Of a stretch of DNA of 40,858 nt, positions 1 through 8,433 are shown one piece after another. The notes beneath the pieces were generated by a model. The model did no database searches, was not told where the DNA came from, and was given only the letters and a program-made list of their open reading frames with translations. The DNA is from a virus (Duplodnaviria > Caudoviricetes): IMG/VR virus record IMGVR_UViG_3300046170_000417, positions 1 through 40,858 of that record, one strand, 5' to 3'. Each line of letters begins with the position of its first letter. Positions within the stretch are counted from its first letter, which is position 1. The translations under genes were made by a program, and so were the position numbers.

Positions 1-584
1 GACGTTGTAGTGACAAAGCAACCAAGTATCTATCTGAGAAATTAGGGGAGCCTATGTATTGTGAGGGTTATGAACGTAGAAATACAACGACTTTAGCTGT
101 TGCTCCTACTACAAGTAGTTCTTTTATACTCGGTCAGGTCTCCCCTTCTATAGAGCCTTTGAACTCTAATTACTTTACCAAAGATCTAGCCAAAGGAAAG
201 TTTCGTTATAGAAACCCTGAGCTTGAGAAGCTATTGGATGAGAAAGGTGAGAACACAGATGCAGTTTGGAAATCGATCCTAGTAAAAGGTGGTTCTGTCC
301 AGCATTTAGATTTTTTATCTAGGGAAGAAAAGGATGTTTTTAAAACATTTGGGGAGATTTCTCAAAAGGAGGTGGTAATACAGGCTGTTCAACGTCAAAA
401 GCATATCGATCAAGGCCAGTCGCTGAACATCATGGTCCCGCCAGAAACACCATTCAAAGAAGTAAATCAACTTATGGTTTATGGTTGGGAGAATGGAATC
501 AAGGGTTTTTACTACCAGAGAAGTGCTAATCCTAGCCAAGAGCTTGCTAGGTCAATACTTACATGTACATCTTGCGAGGGTTAA
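1..584 (+). CDS. nrdA: Ribonucleoside-diphosphate reductase class I alpha subunit, C-terminal part (5' truncated by window)
   Basis: Frame is open from position 3. Motifs AVAPTTSSS, SIEP, DQGQSLN, GIKGFYY and a C-terminal redox CxxC (CTSCEG). Confidence 0.93.
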   Translation, partial: RCSDKATKYLSEKLGEPMYCEGYERRNTTTLAVAPTTSSSFILGQVSPSIEPLNSNYFTKDLAKGKFRYRNPELEKLLDEKGENTDAVWKSILVKGGSVQHLDFLSREEKDVFKTFGEISQKEVVIQAVQRQKHIDQGQSLNIMVPPETPFKEVNQLMVYGWENGIKGFYYQRSANPSQELARSILTCTSCEG

Positions 585-603
585 TTTCATTTTTAATAAA
601 AAA

Positions 604-610
604 AAGTGTA
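604..610 (+). promoter_or_regulatory. AAGTGTA motif (putative phage-specific promoter) upstream of ORF 623
   Basis: AAGTGTA follows an A/T tract and lies 12 nt before the ATG at 623. The same core recurs before other genes. Confidence 0.55.
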
Positions 611-622
611 TTATAAAGTATA

Positions 623-1597
623 ATGGAGTTCGATTTTTCAAAAGAAGCAAAGGAGTTTTTAGAAAGTTCTAAAGCGGCGAAACGTCCCGGCAAAAAAGGG
701 GCGGCTCAAACACCTGCTAAACCTTCTGAGAAGAAAAAGGGTTCCAGTAAAAACGAAAAGGGTTCTGCTGGAAAAGATGGAAAATCTATTACGTTCTCAG
801 CCAAGGTGGTCACAGCCCTAAAGAACAAAGTAAAAGAGCATAACGAAAAGCACTCCAAGAAAGTTACTTTAGGTCAGTTAAAGAAAATCTACCGTCGTGG
901 TGCAGGAGCTTTCTCTTCGTCTCATCGCCCCGGAAAAACTAGAGGGCAGTGGGCTATGGCTCGTGTTAATATGTTTTTGAAGATGGTTCGTGGTGGTAAG
1001 GTTAAGAAATCTTACCGTGCCGCTGATCAAGATGTAGCCAAAGGTTCTGAAGAGTATTACCTAGAAGAGCAAGGGAAAGCTTTCTGGGCGTTCGAAGAGA
1101 TTGATTTTGTTTTGGCTCGCCTTGAAATGCTTGAAGCGTCCATTACTGACGAAGAGTCTGATCAAGAGATTGAAGACCTTGAATACTCAGACGCAGAAAA
1201 GAAGACTTTAAACAAGCCCTTCAGATTGAAAGGTGGCAAGAAAAAGTATGGAGTTTACGTCAAAAATCCAAAGACTGGTAATGTGGTAATGGTTAAGTTT
1301 GGTGATCCAAATATGGAAATCAAACGTGATGACCCAGCTCGTCGCCGCAGCTTTAGAGCTAGGCACAAATGTGACACAGCTAAAGATAAAACAACCCCTC
1401 GTTATTGGAGCTGTAAGTTCTGGTCTAAAAAACCTGTCAGCAAGATGGTCTCTAATGAAGTTTTAGCTTGGGATGAAGAAGAGGTTTATAGTGAGTGGAG
1501 TTGGGATGATGAGGGGTTTGCAGAGCATCAAGACCTGCTGAATGCTTATCCTTTTCTTACTGAAATAAAACTGGTTGTTGAAGAAGAGGAGCTTTGA
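623..1597 (+). CDS. Hypothetical viral protein with two basic conserved-looking domains
   Basis: 324 aa ORF with Lys-rich N-terminus. Segments RRGAGAFSSSHRPG..QWAMARVN and VKFGDPNMEIKRDDPARRRSFRARHKC..RYWSC resemble unknown-function domains of large phages and giant viruses. Confidence 0.8.
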   Translation: MEFDFSKEAKEFLESSKAAKRPGKKGAAQTPAKPSEKKKGSSKNEKGSAGKDGKSITFSAKVVTALKNKVKEHNEKHSKKVTLGQLKKIYRRGAGAFSSSHRPGKTRGQWAMARVNMFLKMVRGGKVKKSYRAADQDVAKGSEEYYLEEQGKAFWAFEEIDFVLARLEMLEASITDEESDQEIEDLEYSDAEKKTLNKPFRLKGGKKKYGVYVKNPKTGNVVMVKFGDPNMEIKRDDPARRRSFRARHKCDTAKDKTTPRYWSCKFWSKKPVSKMVSNEVLAWDEEEVYSEWSWDDEGFAEHQDLLNAYPFLTEIKLVVEEEEL

Positions 1598-1605
1598 GGT
1601 ATAAT
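1578..1605 (+). promoter_or_regulatory. sigma70-like promoter for the sugar cassette
   Basis: TTGAAG-N16-TATAAT, 11 nt before ATG 1617. Confidence 0.5.
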
Positions 1606-1616
1606 CATGCGTTAGC

Positions 1617-2411
1617 ATGAGAGATACTATAGCTGTTTACTCCTTGTTTAGAGATAGTGAGCCTCACTTAGCTAGAACTCTAGCTCAGTTTGAAGACTTG
1701 GAGTCTCTAGATTACAATTTCGAGTATTATTTCTATGAGAATGATTCTAAGGATAATACTGTGGATCTGGTAAAGAAGTGGATGGAAGGTAGGCAGGGTG
1801 AGTTTTTGCATGAAACTCTGAATGCGGTAAAGTTTGAGAGTGTGGAAGATGTGGAGAGAATGCAATTTCTCTGTGAATGTAGAAATAAATGCAAAAAACT
1901 CCTTGAATGTTCGAAAAGTAAATACACAATTCTAATTGACTCAGATGTCATTTTTGATAAAAACAACTTAGAGCAGCACATTGAAAAAATAAACAAAATA
2001 AAAGATTGTGTCTTGTTAACGCCCAATATCAGACAAAACATACCTGACTATTACTCCGATAGGTCGCAGGACTCTTACTATGATACTTGTCCATTTTTTG
2101 ATGCGAATATACAAGATTCGTTAGTGGTCTCAGACTGCCCATTTAAAAATGGTTTAGATAGGATGAAATGGTATCTAGGGGAACCTGTGAAGTGTTCTTC
2201 TGCCTTTGGGGGTTTTGCTCTGACTTACACAGATATATTAAAAAAAGTAAAATGGTCAACAGATGGTTTATGTGATCATGTTAATTTTTGCGTAGAACTA
2301 GGTAGTCACGGTTTGGTTTATGTTGACCCTAAAAATGTAGTAAGGGTGGAGTTAGATTTGAAAAATGTAAATCTTGCATACTTGAAAAAATACTCTGAAG
2401 CACAACAATGA
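1617..2411 (+). CDS. GT-A fold glycosyltransferase
   Basis: N-terminal SLFRD..., YENDSKDNT, a DxD motif (IDSDV) and late SAFGGFAL and CDHV motifs typical of GT-A enzymes (CAP59/Anp1-like). Confidence 0.8.
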   Translation: MRDTIAVYSLFRDSEPHLARTLAQFEDLESLDYNFEYYFYENDSKDNTVDLVKKWMEGRQGEFLHETLNAVKFESVEDVERMQFLCECRNKCKKLLECSKSKYTILIDSDVIFDKNNLEQHIEKINKIKDCVLLTPNIRQNIPDYYSDRSQDSYYDTCPFFDANIQDSLVVSDCPFKNGLDRMKWYLGEPVKCSSAFGGFALTYTDILKKVKWSTDGLCDHVNFCVELGSHGLVYVDPKNVVRVELDLKNVNLAYLKKYSEAQQ

Positions 2412-3052
2412 GTAAGTATAAAGACAAGGCTCTTATATTGGGTTGTGGCCCCTCTCTAGATGTTATAAACAAAGATTTAGTAGATGAGTTCTCGAAAACC
2501 CATATTATCGCCACGATAAAACAATCGTATTTAAGGTTCGGAGAGTATAGTGATTTACACTTCTTCAACTGCAATAATATAACGCCTTACACAAGGAATA
2601 AAGCTAAATTTATTTATTGCTCCCCCTCTAAGTCTTGTTGGTGTCCTGTTGATTATTTCTTTGAAATATCGGAGGCGAATAAAAAACTTTCAGGGTTTCA
2701 AGATTTAGATGAATTTTTTAAATCTAGTAATATAGGTAAATTTAGTGGTCCCGGAATAATGTTTGAGGTTGTTCTGCCTTTTATTTATAATTTAGGAGTA
2801 ACAGAAATAGTAACGGCTGGTTGGGATTATTATGAACCCGGAAAAAAAATAAAGGTAAAACATTTTTACGATGAGTCGGAGCGCAGAGGGTTTGTGAACC
2901 CTGCGTTTAACCCTTACAATGGTGAGAATGAGGAATCTATAAGTAATAGTAAGGTGGTTAATAATTACTTTCTTTCTAAAGGGGTAAAGCTTTTTTGCTG
3001 CGAAAGCGACAACTGTTTCTTGGATAATTCAATAACTAGGATAAAATTATGA
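2408..3052 (+). CDS. Maf/DUF115/GT42-like putative nonulosonate (sialyl-type) transferase
   Basis: LILGCGPSL N-terminal motif and LGVTEIVTAGWDY...HFYD motif; adjacent to NeuA/NeuB-like genes. Confidence 0.6.
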   Translation: MSKYKDKALILGCGPSLDVINKDLVDEFSKTHIIATIKQSYLRFGEYSDLHFFNCNNITPYTRNKAKFIYCSPSKSCWCPVDYFFEISEANKKLSGFQDLDEFFKSSNIGKFSGPGIMFEVVLPFIYNLGVTEIVTAGWDYYEPGKKIKVKHFYDESERRGFVNPAFNPYNGENEESISNSKVVNNYFLSKGVKLFCCESDNCFLDNSITRIKL

Positions 3053-3726
3053 ATATAGTAGCTGTAATACCAGCAAAAGGAACAAGCGAAAGATTAGAAA
3101 ATAAAAATTTATTAGAAATCAATAGTAAATCACTTGTATATTGGGCTTGCAAAAAATGCTTAGACTCTAAATTAATTACACATGTTTACTTGGATACTGA
3201 AAGTAATGAAATCAAAGACTCTGTTTCAGAGCTTTTTGAGAGAGGTTTGAAAACTATTGATAGGCCAAAAAAATTAGCAGACAATAATACAAGTGGGAAT
3301 GATTTGGTTAGATTTGAACTTGATAATATTGAGCCTTGTGATTTATTTTTGCATACTTACAGCACCTCTCCTTTGATAACATCAAGCACTATTGATGACG
3401 TAATTTTAAAATTTTTAGACAACAAAAATCACGATAGTTTTTTCTCAGCCATAAAGTATCAAAACTATCTTTGGGTTGAGGATAAACACAATAATTGTTT
3501 TGATAATGTTAATTTCAACCATAGAGAACTGCCAAACTCAAATGATTTAGATAGATTTTGGGAAGAGACTCACGGTTTGTATGGCGTTTATTATGAAGTC
3601 GCAAAAAAGTATGGCTCTCGGTTGGGTTTGAACCCTACACCAATACAGATCAACACAAAAGAATCTCTTGACATAAATTACAAAGAAGATTATCTTTATG
3701 CAAAGATACTATGGACAGACAGATAA
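3049..3726 (+). CDS. neuA: Acylneuraminate cytidylyltransferase (CMP-ulosonate synthetase) family protein
   Basis: AVIPAKGTSERLENKN (cf. IPARGGSKR..KN), TSPL and SLDINYKEDY (cf. DID...D). Confidence 0.88.
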   Translation: MNIVAVIPAKGTSERLENKNLLEINSKSLVYWACKKCLDSKLITHVYLDTESNEIKDSVSELFERGLKTIDRPKKLADNNTSGNDLVRFELDNIEPCDLFLHTYSTSPLITSSTIDDVILKFLDNKNHDSFFSAIKYQNYLWVEDKHNNCFDNVNFNHRELPNSNDLDRFWEETHGLYGVYYEVAKKYGSRLGLNPTPIQINTKESLDINYKEDYLYAKILWTDR

Positions 3727-4367
3727 AAGAAAGGTTTAAAAAATTGTACACAGGTTTAATTTACGATACAGTTAAATTTGACCTTAAAAAGGATAATTTT
3801 GTAATTCCTCAATCAGCAGGGCCAGTCATCCCTAGTTGGGACTTTAAAGGTTGCATCTTTGGCAGAGCTTTTACAGCCTTAGGAGCTAAGACATCAAAAC
3901 CCGATGAGACTGTGATAAGAAAGATGATTGATGATCTAGAGGATGGTTCGGTATACCTGTTACAGGCCAACGACAATAGCAGAGCGCATTGCGGAGATAT
4001 AACAGCTGGTTTTTTGAAAAGGGCTGGTATCGAGGGGGCTATAATACAAGGGTGGACAAGGGACATTGAAAAGATCGAAGATCTTGATTTTAAGCTGTGG
4101 TGCAAAGGGGTGCAACCCCAAGACTCTTTCGATAGGTGGCATATTGAAGATTACAATTGCGAAATAGTAATAGGGAATATATTTATTAACCCTTCAAACT
4201 TTATTTTTGCAGATAGGGATGGAATTTTAGTCCTTGAAGAAGAAGATTTGCCAAAAATATTAGAATTAGCCGAGAAAAGGTTAGAAAAGGAAAATAAAAT
4301 TAGGAATATTGTCAATGATACTCAGTTGACTTCAAAAGAAATATATGAATCTATAGGAAGATGGTAG
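3711..4367 (+). CDS. RraA / HMG-CHA aldolase family protein
   Basis: GRAFT, AHCGDI, GAIIQGWTRD and IFADRDG motifs. Confidence 0.85.
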   Translation: MDRQIKERFKKLYTGLIYDTVKFDLKKDNFVIPQSAGPVIPSWDFKGCIFGRAFTALGAKTSKPDETVIRKMIDDLEDGSVYLLQANDNSRAHCGDITAGFLKRAGIEGAIIQGWTRDIEKIEDLDFKLWCKGVQPQDSFDRWHIEDYNCEIVIGNIFINPSNFIFADRDGILVLEEEDLPKILELAEKRLEKENKIRNIVNDTQLTSKEIYESIGRW

Positions 4368-5275
4368 ATAATACTAAGTTTATTTGTGAGTTCACCACAA
4401 ACCACATGGGTAATCTAAATATCCTATTGGAAATGGTGAAGCAAGCTTCTAAAACGGGAGCTGATTTTATAAAGATGCAAAAGAAAGATATCGAGTCTTT
4501 TTATTCGAAAGAAAAATTAGATTCCTTGTATAAGAGTCCTTATGGTAAAACCTACAGGGATTACAGAGAGATTTTTGAATTCAAGAAGAGAGATTTTGAC
4601 ATCTTCAACGATGAATGTCTTAAATACGACATCGAGTGGTTCGCTACAGCACAGGATTTTGCATCCTTAAAATTCTTGTTGGATTACAACCTTTCTATGT
4701 ATAAGATCGCATCATGTAATTCAGATAACATAGAGTTCCTTAGGGATTGTTCGAAAGAGATCCCTAGTGGCAAAACAGTAGTAGTTTCTTGTGCTGGTAG
4801 AGATTTAGCCAGTATTGAGAACATTATAAGTATATTCTCTGAACACAATATAATTATCAATCATTGTGTGGCTGAGTACCCTTGCAGTGATGAAAATTTA
4901 CGTTTAGGCAATATAAAAGTTTTAAGAGATACTTTTGGGTCTGATCGGGTTAAAATTGGTTATTCGGGGCATGAAGAAGGTTTTTCGCCTGTTTTTTCAG
5001 CAATTGAACTAGGTGCAGAATTCATCGAAAAACACTTTTGTTTAAGTAGAGATTCTTTTGTTCATCATATCGAATGCAGTTTAGAACCGCACGAGTTTAA
5101 AAAGATGGTTGATGAATCTAAATTTGTTAAACATGGGTCTTCCACCTATTGTAAGAAGATAGATCAAAGAGCTTTATCATTTAAAATGGGCATGTCTAAA
5201 ATGGAGGAAGCGTTTTTAAAAAACAATAAATACGGGTCAGATTTCTTAAAAGACGTAGGCTCCTTATCTTTTTGA
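4361..5275 (+). CDS. neuB: N-acylneuraminate/KDN(-9-phosphate) synthase family protein
   Basis: E..NHMG, ADFIKMQK, YKIAS, HCVAEYP, GYSGHEEG and IEKHF motifs. At 304 aa it has no clear C-terminal SAF domain. Confidence 0.9.
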   Translation: MVDNTKFICEFTTNHMGNLNILLEMVKQASKTGADFIKMQKKDIESFYSKEKLDSLYKSPYGKTYRDYREIFEFKKRDFDIFNDECLKYDIEWFATAQDFASLKFLLDYNLSMYKIASCNSDNIEFLRDCSKEIPSGKTVVVSCAGRDLASIENIISIFSEHNIIINHCVAEYPCSDENLRLGNIKVLRDTFGSDRVKIGYSGHEEGFSPVFSAIELGAEFIEKHFCLSRDSFVHHIECSLEPHEFKKMVDESKFVKHGSSTYCKKIDQRALSFKMGMSKMEEAFLKNNKYGSDFLKDVGSLSF

Positions 5276-5300
5276 GGTGCAAAACTTGAGAATTTTTTAA

Positions 5301-6329
5301 ATGAAAAAAGTAATAATTACAGGAGTCACAGGTCAAGACGGCAGCTTTATGGCTGACTATCTCTTGGAGAACACAGAACATACTGTCATAGCTGGTGTCC
5401 GTAGGTTAAGTGTTAAGAATCACGTTAACATTCAACATCTCATAGACCACCCTAGATTTAGGTTGATAGATCTTGATGTCGCCGATCAAGCTAATACTGA
5501 GTTAGTAATTTCCGAAGAGAAGCCTGATTACTTTATCAATTTTGCTGCTAATTCTTTTGTTGGTGTGAGCTGGAAGATGCCAGTTAACCACATGGAGACT
5601 AACGCAATGGCTGTTCTGTATCAGCTTGAGGCTATTCGTAAGCACTGCCCCGACTGCAGATATTACAATGCTGGCTCTTCAGAGGAGTTCGGGGACGTTT
5701 TGTATTCGCCCCAGTCAGAGCTTCACCCTATACGTCCAAGAAGCCCGTATGGGGTTTCTAAGGCTAGTGCGAGGCATATGGTCAAGGTGTGGAGAGACTC
5801 CTACGATCTATTTGCTATCCAAGGCTGGTTATTTAACCATGAAGGAACTCGCCGTGGAGAGGAGTTTGTTACTCGTAAAATTACCAAGAATGTGGCCCGT
5901 ATTAAAAACGAATATGTATCAGACGGTTTTAAACCCCTTGAATTAGGTAATGTTGATGCGAAAAGGGATTGGAGTGACGCCGAAGATTTTGTGGAAGGTG
6001 TTTGGTTGATGTTGAACCAAGAGGAGCCTAGGGAGTATGTCCTATCTTCCAATAACACCCACACCATTAGAGAGTTTGTGGAACAAGCTTTTAACTTTGC
6101 GGGTTTTGCGTTGGAAAAGTGCGAATGGGTGGGGGAAGGCGTGGATGAGAAGTATATACATGAAGGAAAAGTTTTAATGTGTGTGAATCCAGAGTTCTAC
6201 AGACCAGCCGAAGTAGAGTTGTTATGGGGGGATTCTTCGGAAGCTCGTAGGAACCTTGGGTGGAAGCCCAAGACGGACTTTGTAGGACTTGTAAGAAAAA
6301 TGGTTGACTATGACATGAACAAGGGCTAA
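5301..6329 (+). CDS. gmd: GDP-mannose 4,6-dehydratase
   Basis: ITGVTGQDGS, SSEEFG, PRSPYGVSK, LFNHEG.RRGEEFVTRKI, LGNVDAKRDW and YRPAEVELL.GD. Confidence 0.95.
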   Translation: MKKVIITGVTGQDGSFMADYLLENTEHTVIAGVRRLSVKNHVNIQHLIDHPRFRLIDLDVADQANTELVISEEKPDYFINFAANSFVGVSWKMPVNHMETNAMAVLYQLEAIRKHCPDCRYYNAGSSEEFGDVLYSPQSELHPIRPRSPYGVSKASARHMVKVWRDSYDLFAIQGWLFNHEGTRRGEEFVTRKITKNVARIKNEYVSDGFKPLELGNVDAKRDWSDAEDFVEGVWLMLNQEEPREYVLSSNNTHTIREFVEQAFNFAGFALEKCEWVGEGVDEKYIHEGKVLMCVNPEFYRPAEVELLWGDSSEARRNLGWKPKTDFVGLVRKMVDYDMNKG

Positions 6330-6332
6330 CTT
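6304..6332 (+). promoter_or_regulatory. sigma70-like promoter
   Basis: TTGACT-N17-TAACTT, 8 nt before ATG 6341. Confidence 0.45.
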
Positions 6333-6340
6333 GGCCATGA

Positions 6341-6688
6341 ATGGCCAAACCTAAGAAGATAAGCAAGAGAAACATCTTGATTAGACTAGTGGACGTTCCC
6401 GACCAAGGGAAGCGTCCATTTTATGCTAGGGAGATGAAGTTCTTGAACACCCTTTGCGAGAGGTATTCTTTGGAGTTTATGAACATAGTAAACTTTCAGA
6501 AGAAGTTCTACTCATTGGCTTATCTAGTCAGCCCCAAGCTTAAGGAGACTTTAGACAGGAAGTTTAGAGCTTTTAATTATGTTGTTGACAACTCTCGCTA
6601 TCCAGATTATGATCTGGGTGAAAAGTCGGGGAAAGACATCAGTTTTACCCCAAAAAGAAAAACCCTAAAAGATTTTTTAGATGAGTAA
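6341..6688 (+). CDS. Hypothetical protein
   Basis: 115 aa basic ORF that fills the gap between gmd and recA and overlaps the recA start. Confidence 0.7.
   Translation: MAKPKKISKRNILIRLVDVPDQGKRPFYAREMKFLNTLCERYSLEFMNIVNFQKKFYSLAYLVSPKLKETLDRKFRAFNYVVDNSRYPDYDLGEKSGKDISFTPKRKTLKDFLDE
6585..6613 (+). promoter_or_regulatory. sigma70-like promoter upstream of recA
   Basis: TTGACA-N17-TATGAT, near consensus. Confidence 0.6.
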
Positions 6689-7796
6689 AGAACAGAACCC
6701 AAATACAATGCTGAAAGGTTTCCTCAAGGAAACAAAAGATGATCACTACAACTTTGAAGATGAGATCAACTACAAAGTCTCTAGCGGGTCACTTCAGTTC
6801 GATTTGCAGCTTGATGGAGGGTTTGGACCCGGATTACATAGATTTGTAGGCATGAACGAGGGAGGTAAAACTTCTGAATCATTAGAGGTAATGAAAAACT
6901 TCTTAAAGATGCCGGGTGCTAGAGGAGTGTTTATTAAAGCTGAAGGTCGGCTTTCTCCAGAGATGAGGAAAAGATCAGGTATTAACTTTGTCTTCAACGC
7001 TGACGATTGGGTTGATGGCACTTGTTTTGTGTTTGAGTCTAATATCTATGAGGTTGTAGTTGATCTTATGAGGAAGCTTGTGCAGTTCAATGATGATAAG
7101 ACTAAGTATTGTTTTGTCTTGGACTCTGTGGACGGACTTATCCCTAAGAATGATGTAGACAAAAACTTTGAAGACTCTACTAAGGTTGCAGGGGGTGCTG
7201 TGATAGCAGGTGTATTCATGAAGAAGATGTCTATCGCCCTGCAAAAGAGAGGGCATATGGCTATATTTATTTCCCAAGTTAGGGCTGATATCAAACTTGA
7301 TCCATACGCCAAGGGTCCGGTCAGACAGACTACTGCTACAGGGGGCAACGCTTTGCTCCACTTTGCCAATTGGATCATACAGTTTGAGCCCCGGTATAAT
7401 GGGGATATGATTTTGAGGAACCCTTCTGTAAAGAAGATAGACCCTAAGACAAACCCACCGATAGGACACTTTGCGAAAGTAACTGTGAAGAAGTCACCAA
7501 ACGAAAAGACCAACATGTCTATCAGTTACCCTGTAAGATATGGACAGGAGGGTGGTAGGTCAATATGGGTTGAGAAAGAAGTCGTAGATTTATTATCAGC
7601 TTGGGAGTTTGTTAAGAAGAGCGGCTCTTGGATCAGCATTACAGAAGATTTTAAAGAAGTCTTATCGGAAACAAACTTTAGTTTGCCTGAAAAAGTCCAA
7701 GGGGAGAACAACCTCTTCAAACTTATTGAGGAGAACCAAGGGCTGTGTGAATTCCTTATTGGTTATTTTAAGAATGCCATTCAGGAGTTTTCATGA
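6681..7796 (+). CDS. recA: RecA/UvsX-like recombinase
   Basis: SSGSLQFDLQLDGG, Walker A GMNEGGKT, Walker B FVLDSV, IFISQVR and TGGNALLHFA. Confidence 0.88.
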   Translation: MSKEQNPNTMLKGFLKETKDDHYNFEDEINYKVSSGSLQFDLQLDGGFGPGLHRFVGMNEGGKTSESLEVMKNFLKMPGARGVFIKAEGRLSPEMRKRSGINFVFNADDWVDGTCFVFESNIYEVVVDLMRKLVQFNDDKTKYCFVLDSVDGLIPKNDVDKNFEDSTKVAGGAVIAGVFMKKMSIALQKRGHMAIFISQVRADIKLDPYAKGPVRQTTATGGNALLHFANWIIQFEPRYNGDMILRNPSVKKIDPKTNPPIGHFAKVTVKKSPNEKTNMSISYPVRYGQEGGRSIWVEKEVVDLLSAWEFVKKSGSWISITEDFKEVLSETNFSLPEKVQGENNLFKLIEENQGLCEFLIGYFKNAIQEFS

Positions 7797-8200
7797 AGTT
7801 CTATACTGCCGATGGCAAACTAAGAAACCTCAAGAACCCCAAGAAGTACCATATAAAATGGGAGGCTTCAAGCTTGAGCAAGTTCCAGAAAGGGGTCAAG
7901 GATTTTCTGTTCCCATTCTGGAAGAACGATGTCGTCTTTGAAGAATTTAGAATAGTAGGTAGTAGGCTCTCCTTGGACTTTTACAACGCCAATAAAAGGG
8001 TGGCTGTAGAGGTCCAAGGGGCGCAACACACCAAGTTTGTCAAGCATTTCCACAAGAATAGGTTAAAATACTTGGAGCAGTTAAGGAGAGATCAGAAAAA
8101 GCTGGACTTCTGTGAAATGAACGATATAACGATGGTAGAGATCTACCCAGAGGATACTGTAGACAAAGCCCTATTTGAGAAGCAAGGTATATATTTATGA
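7793..8200 (+). CDS. Vsr/DUF559-like restriction-fold endonuclease
   Basis: LSLDFY...VAVEVQGAQH...RDQKKLDFC motif pattern. Confidence 0.72.
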   Translation: MKFYTADGKLRNLKNPKKYHIKWEASSLSKFQKGVKDFLFPFWKNDVVFEEFRIVGSRLSLDFYNANKRVAVEVQGAQHTKFVKHFHKNRLKYLEQLRRDQKKLDFCEMNDITMVEIYPEDTVDKALFEKQGIYL

Positions 8201-8433
8201 ACGAAGAAGAGTTTCCATTCACCATCCCAGAGCAATTAGTATCTAAGATCTACGATCTGTCTGGAGATTCAGACAAGTACAAAGGTGTTATACTAGCGGT
8301 AGCGTCTGAAGATGGAAGTCCGATGATTTACTCTAAATTTGATTCTACTATAATGGAGTTAGGTTTAAGGAAAGCGTTAGAAGACTGGGTTAAAGGAACA
8401 TCAGAAATGCAAGGATTAACAGATGATTTATAA
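8197..8433 (+). CDS. Hypothetical protein
   Basis: 78 aa ORF overlapping both neighbours in an operon-like fashion. Confidence 0.7.
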   Translation: MNEEEFPFTIPEQLVSKIYDLSGDSDKYKGVILAVASEDGSPMIYSKFDSTIMELGLRKALEDWVKGTSEMQGLTDDL

